NCBI GenBank assembly: GCA_964016885.1
Contig: OZ024741.1
Span: 27,776,001 to 27,840,000, forward strand
Direction: 5' to 3'
DNA: 64,000 nt
Source of the DNA: Eledone cirrhosa
Lineage: Eukaryota
In this document: positions 52,503 through 64,000 of the stretch, piece by piece
How positions within the stretch are numbered: position 1 is the first letter of the stretch
Layout: each line of letters begins with the position of its first letter
Position numbers and translations under genes: made by a program
Notes under the pieces: model-generated
Told to the model about the DNA's origin: nothing
Seen by the model: only the letters and a program-made list of their open reading frames with translations
The model's database searches: none

Positions 52503-52890
52503 AACTGTTGTAAGACATTTGATCCAGCACATAGAGGACCCTAACTGTTGTAAGGTATTTGATCGAGTACATAGAGGACCCTAACTGTTGTAAGACATTT
52601 GATCCATCACAGAGGACCCTAACTGTTGTAAGGTATTTGATCCAGTACATAAATGACACTAACTGTTGTAAGGTATTTGATCCAGTACATAGAGGACCCT
52701 AACTGTTGTAAGGTATTTGATCCAGTACATAGAGGACCCTATCTAACTACTGTAAGGTATTTGATCCAGTACATAGAGGACCCTAACTATTGTAAGGTAT
52801 TTGATCCAGTAGATAGAGGACCCTAACTATTGTAAGGTATTTGATCCAGTACATAGAGGACCCTAACTAACTGCTCTAAGGTATTTGGTC
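52503..52890. repeat. 40-bp minisatellite, about 9-10 copies
   Basis: Unit AACTGTTGTAAGGTATTTGATCCAGTACATAGAGGACCCT at 52621, 52661, 52701 and onward. Confidence 0.95.
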
Positions 52891-53429
52891 CAACACTATT
52901 GATTCTACCTAACCACTGTCCTTTTAAGCAACATCAATATATCCAATATTGGTAGTTGGCATTAAGAAAGGTATGCAGTATGCCAGCATGGAAAATAAAA
53001 TGATGATGATGATTTCTTTGATAGATAACGAAAGTTACTTTATAAAGTACTGTTTCCTCTTATCTTTAGAACTGTGAGGGCAAATAAAGCACTTTTGTCC
53101 TAATCTCATCCTATATTTACAATTACAGTTCAAAGGGAGGAAGATTTAAATGAAAGAAAACAAACTCAAACTATATTTTTCTCATTTTAATAGAATATAT
53201 ATGTACAGTTATGTTATATTTTTCTCATCTAAATAAAATAGATCATCATCATCATCTCCGTTTAATGCCCATTTTTCACGCTGGCATGGGTTAGACAAGT
53301 TATCCTATTGTGAGCAATGCTAAGCCAGGTGACCATGTCTTGCTCGTATATTTTTCAGATTTAAATAAAATAAGATGGGCTTCCATACAGTTTCCTCCTA
53401 CCCAATTCCACTGGGTACACACTGTCAAA

Positions 53430-53696
53430 CCTCTCCATTCAGTTAAATGTCATATCTAGGCTGCCATTTCTAAAAGAAGGTTTATTGGTCAATTCTTCTT
53501 CAAAGAAAATGGTGTTGTTGCTACAGTCACAAAGGAACACTATGTGGAAATCCTGGAAGACTTCAAAAAGGAGCTACAGATCATACACCCATCTCTAATG
53601 AATAAGTTCTGGTTCCAGCAGGACAGAGCAGGCCCTCACGCCTCCAATGAGTCACAAAAATAGCTGAAAAATAACTTTGGAAATCGTGTGATCAGG
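53430..53696 (+). pseudogene. Tc1/mariner transposase catalytic-domain fragment
   Basis: Translates as PLHSVKCHI*AAISKRRFIGQFFF...YVEILEDF...FWFQQDRAGPHAS...*LKNNFGNRVI, matching the 'W.AIS...IGP.FF' and 'FQQDGA..H' motifs, with stops. Confidence 0.8.
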
Positions 53697-54622
53697 TAGG
53701 GTGACTGTTGCAGCAGATGTTACTGGCCATTCACTGTGGAAATGCCTTTGCAATTTTGTCCGCAAGGCGGAACCAAAATACAAATAATGCTTTCTTTTCT
53801 CCTCCTTTTCCTCTCATTTATGGTATTCATAGTCCTTTCCTTTACAATCAGATCTGCTCTTTTTTATCCCTTTTTTATTTTGTTTTTAGCTTTGTTTAAT
53901 ACTTTCATCACTATATAACTATTGTTCAATGAAATATATATATATATATATATATATAGTGCTACATCGTCTAATATGTCTGACCTTTTTTCTTTTCTTT
54001 TAAGGCAAGATTTTAAAAAAAATAATGATAATGAAATTATTGTGTACAGTGCTCAGGTGCACTACAACTCATCAAAGGTGCATGTATAGTACATAGAATA
54101 ATGTACAAATGTCAGGAAAATAAACAGTGTACGAGTCATGAAATACATGTGTGTGTGTGTATGGAGGGGGGACATCAGGTGTAGTGTTGGCGAATCTCAG
54201 GAAGCATGGAGATTTTAAAGGATGCAGTGTCTCGACAGCTAATAACTGATGCAGGTAGTTTGTTACATGCTTCAGCAACTCTGAGCGTGAAAAAATGTTT
54301 CCGAAAGTCATGGGAGCTGTGCTGTTTTCTAACTTTGTAGGCATGCCCACATATGTTAGACACATGAAAATCAAAAAGGTGCTCTGGGTTGTTGGCAAGA
54401 TAGTTAATAATTTGAAGGAAACTTAGCTGATATTTCTAGCAGAAAACTAAACCACATGATTTGCTGCAGTAGGAAACAGTATTTCCAGATCTCCAATCAT
54501 ATATGTTAAAAGCACTCAAGGGCCAGCTGGTGGATGTTAAACTGGGTGACAGAGTAACCCTTTTGATACCAAACCGCCATTTAATGATGCACGACATGCT
54601 TTGTTTTTTTGGGGGGTGTTTA

Positions 54623-54858
54623 TCTATATACTACTAAAGTGTTTATCTATATACTACTAAAACTCTGTGATTGTGTGCTTGTCTGTAATTTAATACATCC
54701 CAAACATCGCATAATAGGAAAATACTTTGAAAGGAAGTTGCCCCTGAAATAGGAATACAAATGGAATAAATCAAGTTTCACGTAAATTGGAGTATGGGTT
54801 CCCGTGATACGGGTTTTTTCCGGGTATCTTCATAAATAGAGAGAGAAAAAGATAGTGG

Positions 54859-54956
<98 letters not shown>

Positions 54957-55351
54957 GAAAGAGAGAGAGAGAGAGAAAGAGAAAGAGAGAGAGATATGGT
55001 AGTGTTGTTGAATGAAATTATAACAGGAGGCTTCAAAAAATCAAATACAGCATTACTGTATCTAATGCGAATTTGGTGACTGAATGTTACGTCATATGTA
55101 TCATATAACTTGTGTTAGGACAGGATGTGTGTAGCAAATATTTCCTGCTAAATAGGAAGGGTTTCTAAGTATGTGGGGGGGGGGGGGCAGGCCCCCATAC
55201 ACACATGCACATATATGCGCCTTCCAATTTCATTTTACATTATATACATGTTTGTGTATATGTTAATTATTTAAAAATTATTTTTAAGTAAACATGATTT
55301 TAAAAACATATTCTTAACTGAACGTGACCCAACGGGTCACCTGTGCTCTAG
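54623..55351 (+). mobile_element. Non-autonomous Helitron nested in a MITE, with duplicated 5' end
   Basis: A|TCTATATACTACTAAA occurs twice, 23 bp apart. Perfect hairpin GTGACCC-AAC-GGGTCAC, then CTAG|T. Flanks rejoin to GTGTTTA|TATTTATCTAAAAACC, similar to uninterrupted MITE copies near 955 and 1143. Confidence 0.85.
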
Positions 55352-55879
55352 TATTTATCTAAAAACCTTCCCTTATAATTTCTTATAAAATCTTTGCCAA
55401 GTTATGTTCCAGACACGAGCACAGGGCCAGCAATTTAGGAGAGAAAGTTGATTATAACCTTCCTTGTACTTGACTGGTACTTTACTTAATTGATCTCAAA
55501 GGGATGAAAGGCAAGGAAGACCTCAACGGGATTTTAACTCAGAACGTAACAAAACTGTAACAAAACACTACACACCATTTTGTCCGACGCTCTCGTGATT
55601 CTGCAAATCCACCGCTCTTGATAACGAGAAAGTTATTTTATAAAATAGCTTCATTATTCTCAAAATTATTTAAATATTATAGGTAGTGTTTTCATGAGAA
55701 ATATGGTAAAGAAAGTGTTAAATAAAACCTGGTAACTAAATATTTGCATGAAATGGGGAGGGGGGCTAGTAATTACATATTTACATAAAGAGAATAGTCT
55801 ACGTTATCGTTCGACCTGCTAAAATTCTATTATTATAGTCTCGAATCTATCACAATACAATTGTAACCTAAGCAAACAT

Positions 55880-56165
55880 AAAAGAACAGCCCAACTTCCA
55901 CTGTCATCGCCTCTGTCTCTCCATATGGTGAGCAAATGGGGTCCCACGTGCTGGCCTCCCCACAGCCCCGGCGGACAGAATGGAGAAGGCGTTTCCCCGG
56001 AGAATGGTAAGGGAGATGCGCTGGAAGAGCCGTTCCAACTCGCGAGGCTCACACCTACAGCTGGCCAGCTCAGCGCCTATGGTGGTGAGTAAGGGGGTAG
56101 CCCTAGGGCCAAGGACACCAGAAGTGTCCACTGCCAAGGGTACGACCGCAAACCTGCTAAAATTA
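55880..56165 (-). mobile_element. CRE-like non-LTR 3' fragment (related plus-strand copy at 35776-35972)
   Basis: LAVDTSGVLGP...RELERLFQRISLTILRGNAFSILSA. Confidence 0.7.
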
Positions 56166-58782
56166 GTAGCGAGATTTCAATCAAATCCCCATCTTCGTTG
56201 GTTCGAATTAGATTTACAATTTTTTTTCTTCTAAATATGCATCTAGAGTTACCTCCCTTAAACTAATCGTTATAACTTTTTTTCTCCTAAGAATCAACTT
56301 CCATTCAACAAATAAACAATTATCAATATAGTCGTCGTCACCACTATCAACATCATCACAACTACTACCGCCATCATCACTACCATTACCACCGTCACCA
56401 ACAACCACTACCACCATCACTATTGCCATCATCCCCCCCCCCCCCTCACACCGTCACTACGATCACCACTGATAACAACAACCTCTCTGGTCACATTTGC
56501 ACCTTAGCAACAATACAAAAGTGGCGTGTTGTAGTTACAGGTGTGTGTGTCATTGTTGTGTATGTGTTTATGTGTGTATGTGTTTATGTGTTTATGTGTA
56601 CATGCGCTTGTATGTGTGAGTGTATCAGAGTGTGGGAGTGTGTGTGTGTGTATCAGAGTATGTATGTGTGGAGGGGCTGTCTGTCAGTTAGCGAGTCAGT
56701 GCTACGTGATTTTGTTAAGGTTGACAGTGTTTAACTCACATAACACGTCTTCCCGGAACTGTAAACCACAAAAAGCCATTTCAATGTTGGCTGTTGTTTC
56801 TAGCAGATTGAGAGACCATGTAATGTTCCCCCATCCCTATCATTAGTATAACTGTTTTCGTTTGTTTTGGTTTTAATATATATCTCGAGCCAGAGTTAAT
56901 CCACACTTTATTTGAGTTAAGCAACCGAGAATACAGGATTCCCCACCCGGGACAAAACACAAGGGTAGGGAATCGCAGCAGGGTTAATCTCCAGATACTG
57001 AGACTAGAATAACGTTGAGCAGTTTTGCTGAAAAATGATACATATCTAAATCTAACTATAGTGTAACCTGTGAAATATGTATTAGTCTTATTACTAAGTA
57101 TATGCATGTGTGTGCCTCTGTGCGCGCGCGTGTGTGTGTAAATATCATCATCGTTACCATTTAACCTCTGTCTCCCATGCTTGTATCACACACACACACA
57201 CGATGCATATCATCATCATCAACATCGTTTTTACGCTCGTTTTTTTTTCACGCTTGCATGGGTTGGACGGGTCCTTCTCAGCACGGTATCTCTAACTTGT
57301 CACGTTCCTTCGTCATCTCCTAATGTATATCTGTTGTTGGCAGAAGATTTAAGACTCTATAAGAAAACTTATTGCTTTCACAATCAACCATTGATTGAGA
57401 TCACAGGAAACTTGTTATAGACCACAAGAAAGTGAAAGGTACCAATCATCATATCAGACCAAGGAAACAATGCTTCCATTGTTGATACTATTTCCTGGTC
57501 AAAACCCCAGGAAAAAGCATCACCACTTTTCCAGTGAGAGATGAGTTGTGCTGGATTTAGGACAAAAGAGGCCCTGTGCTAGTTACGTTATGAGGCCCCT
57601 TACTTGGGCCTGAAGGAGGTAAACAAACTTTTTGGCAGGAAGAAGACCCCCCCTGGCCAACAGGACCTTGTGCTTAGGCACACCTAAACAGAGTGGTAAA
57701 TCTGGCACTGCAGATGGGAAGATTTGAACTCAGAAGACACACAGCCAGAATATATACTAAGGCTTTTAATTCAATGTTCAAATGACTATGCCTTCTCTAT
57801 TCTGTCTTCTAGTCTGTCTAGCGCATGGGCCCCAATTGCTCATCATGGTGAGAGATGGGGAGAGCAGGAATGACAGAGGCAGTGACAGTAGGAGTTTGGT
57901 TCCTTTTTGTATATGTATATGTTTCGTAGACACGCACTAACACTGGGTCAGCAGAGAGATGCAACAATTGGTGATATCTGAAAGATCACTTAAAATTCAC
58001 CACCTATTTCCTCACAGTTAGAAAATAAAATAATATATGGAGTGCAGGTATGGCTGTGGTTAAGAAGTTCACTTTGTAACCATATGGTTTCAGGAATAGT
58101 CCATCGTGGGCAAGTGCTATAACCTCAGATTAACCAATGTCTTGGATGAAATTTGTTAGAGAGTGTAGAAATACGTCATTTATGTATGTATATGTGTGTG
58201 TGTGTATGTCAGTGTTTATGTTTAAATTTGTGACTGTGTCTATTATGTTCCATAATTAATGCAACTCTCTCTCCTTCCAGCTGTCTCATGAATGTTCTAC
58301 TTGATCAAGGAAGGAGACAGGAAAGAGTATAACTGCACAGACAACTAAAACCCCTAACAAAATCATAGTACATATTCCCAAGATATACTCGATTACAAGT
58401 GACAGCTACAGTAGGAGCTAAACAACATGTAATTCCATTAATCAGACATCTGGTGATTGCAATGTCAGAAATAATGTTGTGTATCTCATTAATTTTAGTT
58501 GATTTGACTATTCAACAATTAATTACACAACTCTTGTCTTTACTGAAACTTTACACTGGATAACAACAATAATAATTACAGGCAGTCTTGCTTTAATTGC
58601 AGAGGGTTTTTGTAGTAATTGCTATTGTGTTGGACTGTCTAAAAAACGATATAAATTTTAGATAATAGTTGTCTATGTGAGTAGATAAAGAACACTGTTG
58701 TTATTGTTTAGAACTGATTGAGCAGAGCCATGATCAAAAGTCTACACCATTCTCATCAATGACCATCCCATCAAGAATATAA

Positions 58783-61700
58783 TAACATTCTCACCACAAC
58801 CATCCCATCATAAACATTCTGACCACTACTACACCCATCATAAACATTCTGGCCACTACTACACCCATCATAAGCATTCTGGCCACTACTACACCATCAT
58901 AAACATTCTGGCCACTACTACACCATCATAAACATTCTGGCCACTACTACACCCATCATAAGCATTCTGGCCACTACTACACCCATCATAAACATTCTCA
59001 CCACAACTATCCCATCATAAACATTCTGACCACTACTACACCAATCATAAACATTCTGACCACTACTACACCCATCATAAACCTTCTGACCACTACTACA
59101 CCCATCATAAACATCCTGACCACTACTACACCCATCATAAACATTCTGGCCACTACTACACCCATCATAAACATTCTGACCACTACTACACCCATCATAA
59201 ACATTCTGGCCACTACTACACCCATCATAAACATTCTGGCCACTACTACACCCATCATAAACATTCTCACCACAACTACACCCATCAAACATTCTGACCA
59301 CTACTACACCCATCATAAACATTCTGGCCACTACTACACCCATCATAAACATCCTGACCACTACTACACCCATCATAAACATTCTCACCACAACTACACC
59401 CATCAAACATTCTGACCACTACTACACCAATCATAAACATTCTGGCCACTACTACACCCATCATAAATATTCTGGCCACTACTACACCCATCATAAACAT
59501 TCTGACCACTACTACACCCATCATAAACATTCTGACCACTACTACACCCATCATAAACATTCTGGCCACTACTACACCATCATAAACATTCTGGCCACTA
59601 CTACACCCATCATAAACATTCTCACCACAACCATCCCATCATAAAAATTCTGACCACTACTACACCCATCATAAACATTCTGACCACTACTACACCCATC
59701 ATAAACATTCTGACCACTACTACACCCATCATAAACATTCTGGCCACTACTATCCCATCATAAACATTCTGACCACTACTACACCCATCATAAACATTCT
59801 GACCACTACTACACCCATCATAAACATTCTGGCCACTACTATCCCATCATAAACATTCTGACCACTACTACACCCATCATAAACATTCTGGCCACTACTA
59901 CACCAATCATAAACATTCTGGTCACTACTACACCCATCATAAACATTCTGGCCACTACTACACCCATCATAAACATTCTGACCACTACTACACCCATCAT
60001 AAACATTCTGACCACTACTACACCCATCATAAACATTCTGGCCACTACTATCCCATCATAAACATTCTGACCACTACTACACCCATCATAAACATTCTGG
60101 CCACTACTACACCAATCATAAACATTCTGGTCACTACTACACCCATCATAAACATTCTGGCCACTACTACACCCATCATAAACATTCTGACCACTACTAC
60201 ACCCATCATAAACATTCTGACCACTACTACACCCATCATAAACATTCTGGCCACTACTATCCCATCATAAACATTCTGACCACTACTACACCCATCATAA
60301 ACATTCTGGCCACTACTATCCCATCATAAACATTCTGACCACTATTACACCCATCATAAACATTCTGACCACTACTACACCCATCATAAACATTCTGGCC
60401 ACTACTACACCAATCATAAACATTCTGACCACTACTACACCCATCATAAACATTCTGGCCACTACTACACCCATCATAAACATTCTGACCACTACTACAC
60501 CCATCATAAACATTCTGGCCACTACTACACCCATCATAAACATTCTGACCACTACTACACCCATCATAAACATTCTGGCCACTACCACACCCATCATAAA
60601 CATTCTGGCCACTACTACACCCATCATAAACATTCTGACCACTACTACACCCATCATAAACATTCTGACCACTACTACACCCATCATAAACATTCTGGCC
60701 ACTACTACACCAATCATAAACATTCTGGCCACTACTACACCCATCATAAACATTCTGGCCACTACTGCTACTATCATAAACATTCTGGCCACTACTACAC
60801 CCATCATAAACATTCTGGCCACTACTACACCCATCATAAACATTCTGACCACTACTACACCCATCATAAACATTCTGGCCACTATTAAACCCATCGTAAA
60901 CATTCTGGCCACTACTACACCAATCATAAACATTCTGACCACTACTACACCCATCATAAACATTCTGACCACTACTACACCCATCGTAAACATTCTGGCC
61001 ACTACTAGACCCATCATAAACATTCTGGCCACTACTACACCCATCATAAACATTCTGACCACTACTACACCAATCAAACATTCTGACCACTACTACACCA
61101 ATCATAAACATTCTGACCACTACTACACCAATCATAAACATTCTGACCACTACTACACCAATCATAAACATTCTGACCACTACTACACCAATCATAAACA
61201 TTCCGACCACTACTACACCCGTCATAAACATTCTGACCACTACTACACCAATCATAAACATTCTGACCACTACTACACCAATCATAAACATTCTGACCAC
61301 TACTACACCAATCATAAACATTCTGGCCACTACTACACCAATCATAAACATTCTGACCACTACTACACCAATCATAAACATTCTGGCCACTACTATCCCA
61401 TCATAAACATTCTGGCCACTACTACACCCATCATAAACATTCTGACCACTACTACACCAATCATAAACATTCTAACCACTACTACACCAATCATAAACAT
61501 TCTGGCCACTACTACACCAATCATAAACATTCTGGCCACTACTACACCAATCATAAACATTCTGACCACTACTACACTAATCATAAACATTCTGGCCACT
61601 ACTACACCAATCATAAACATTCTGACCACTACTACACCAATCATAAACATTCTGACCACTACTACACCAATCATAAACATTCTGGCCACTACTACACCCA

Positions 61701-64000
61701 TCATAAACATTCTGACCACTACTACACCCATCATAAACATTCTGGCCACTACTACACCAATCATAAACATTCTGGCCACTACTACACCCATCATAAACAT
61801 TCTGACCACTACTACACCCATCATAAACATTCTGGCCACTACTACACCAATCATAAACATTCTGGCCACTTCTACACCAATCATAAACATTCTGGCCACT
61901 ACTACACCAATCATAAACATTCTGACCACTACTACACCAATCATAAACATTCTGACCACTACTACACCAATCATAAACATTCTGGCCACTACTACACCCA
62001 TCAAACATTCTGACCACTACTACACCAATCATAAACATTCTGGCCACTACTACACCAATCATAAACATTCTGACCACTACTACACCAATCATAAACATTC
62101 TGACGACTACTACACCAATCATAAACATTCTGACCACTACTACACCCATCAAACATTCTGACCACTACTACACCCATCATAAACATTCTGGCCACTACTA
62201 CACCCATCATAAACATTCTGGCCACTACTATCCCATCATAAACATTCTGACCACTACTACACCCATCAAACATTCTGACCACTACTACACCCATCATAAA
62301 CATTCTGGCCACTACTATCCCATCATAAACATTCTGACCACTACTACACCCATCAAACATTCTGACCACTACTACACCCATCAAACATTCTGACCACTAC
62401 TACACCCATCATAAACATTCTGGCCACTACTATCCCATCATAAACATTCTGGCCACTACTACACCAATCATAAACATTCTGACCACTACTACACCAATCA
62501 TAAACATTCTGGCCACTACTACACCCATCATAAACATTCTGGCCACTACTACACCCATCATAAACATTCTGGCCACTACTACACCCATCATAAACATTCT
62601 GGCCACTACTACACCAATCATAAACATTCTGGCCACTACTACACCCATCATAAACATTCTGGCCACTACTACACCCATCATAAGCATTCTGGCCACTACT
62701 ACACCATCATAAACATTCTGGCCACTACTACACCCATCATAAACATTCTCACCACAACTATCCCATCATAAACATTCTGACCACTACTACACCAATCATA
62801 AACATTCTGACCACTACTACACCCATCATAAACCTTCTGACCACTACTACACCCATCATAAACATCCTGACCACTACTACACCCATCATAAACATTCTGG
62901 CCACTACTACACCCATCATAAACATTCTGACCACTACTACACCCATCATAAACATTCTGGCCACTACTACACCAATCATAAACATTCTGGCCACTACTAC
63001 ACCCATCATAAACATTCTGGCCACTACTACACCCATCATAAACATTCTCACAACTACACCCATCAAACATTCTGACCACTACTACACCCATCATAAACAT
63101 TCTGGCCACTACTACACCCATCATAAACATCCAGACCACTACTACACCCATCATAAACATTCTCACCACAACCATCCCATCATAAACATTCTGGCCACTA
63201 CTACACCCATCATAAATATTCTGGCCACTACTACACCCATCATAAACATTCTGACCACTACTACACCCATCATAAACATTCTGACCACTACTACACCCAT
63301 CATAAACATTCTGGCCACTACTACACCATCATAAACATTCTGGCCACTACTACACCCATCATAAACATTCTCACCACAACCATCCCATCATAAAAATTCT
63401 GACCACTACTACACCCATCATAAACATTCTGACCACTACTACACCCATCATAAACATTCTGACCACTACTACACCCATCATAAACATTCTGGCCACTACT
63501 ATCCCATCATAAACATTCTGACCACTACTACACCCATCATAAACATTCTGACCACTACTACACCCATCATAAACATTCTGGCCACTACTATCCCATCATA
63601 AACATTCTGGCCACTACTACACCCATCATAAACATTCTGGCCACTACTATCCCATCATAAACATTCTGGCCACTACTACACCCATCATAAACATTCTGAC
63701 CACTACTACACCCATCATAAACATTCTGGCCACTACTACACCAATCATAAACATTCTGGCCACTACTACACCCATCATAAACATTCTGGCCACTACTACA
63801 CCTATCATAAAGATTCTGACCACTACTACACCCATCATAAACATTCTGACCACTACTACACCCATCATAAACATTCTGACCACTACTACACCCATCATAA
63901 ACATTCTGGCCACTACTATCCCATCATAAACATTCTGACCACTACTACACCCATCATAAACATTCTGACCACTACTACACCCATCATAAACATTCTGGCC
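58783..64000. repeat. 30-bp satellite CC(C/A)ATCATAAACATTCTG(G/A)CCACTACTACA, over 5.2 kb, runs off the window
   Basis: Direct reading; consecutive 60-nt lines repeat in register. Confidence 0.98.

Noticed and set aside
58918-63913. MMGVVVARMF / DGCSSGQNVY repeat ORFs (superficially Met-rich, like cephalopod structural proteins)
   Set aside because: Products of a 30-bp satellite with frequent 1-3-bp indels and stops that switch frames; no splice or start context.

Overview
AT-rich, repeat-dense animal genomic DNA; the SINE, LINE and microsatellite landscape suggests an octopus-like cephalopod (inference). The window is mostly one minus-strand gene for an endosomal Na+/H+ exchanger (SLC9A6/7/9, NHE6/7/9-like). 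I assembled 12 consecutive in-phase coding exons (40043 down to 501) by hand; the canonical first exon and the 3' exons were not found in the window. Two introns are minor-spliceosome (U12) type: one AT-AC and one that appears to be a rare GT-AT. The introns hold a full-length but disrupted ~6.9 kb Rep/PIF1 Helitron (27626-34518), five short non-autonomous Helitrons, TTAA-flanked piggyBac-type MITEs, tRNA-derived SINEs, RTE/CR1/CRE LINE fragments, a Tc1/mariner fragment and a large satellite (7.2-15.3 kb); a second large satellite fills 58.8-64 kb. Reading by eye also revealed several type I hammerhead-ribozyme folds (two apparently complete), a 111-bp fold-back and a candidate divergent alternative first exon. 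No searches or folding programs were run.
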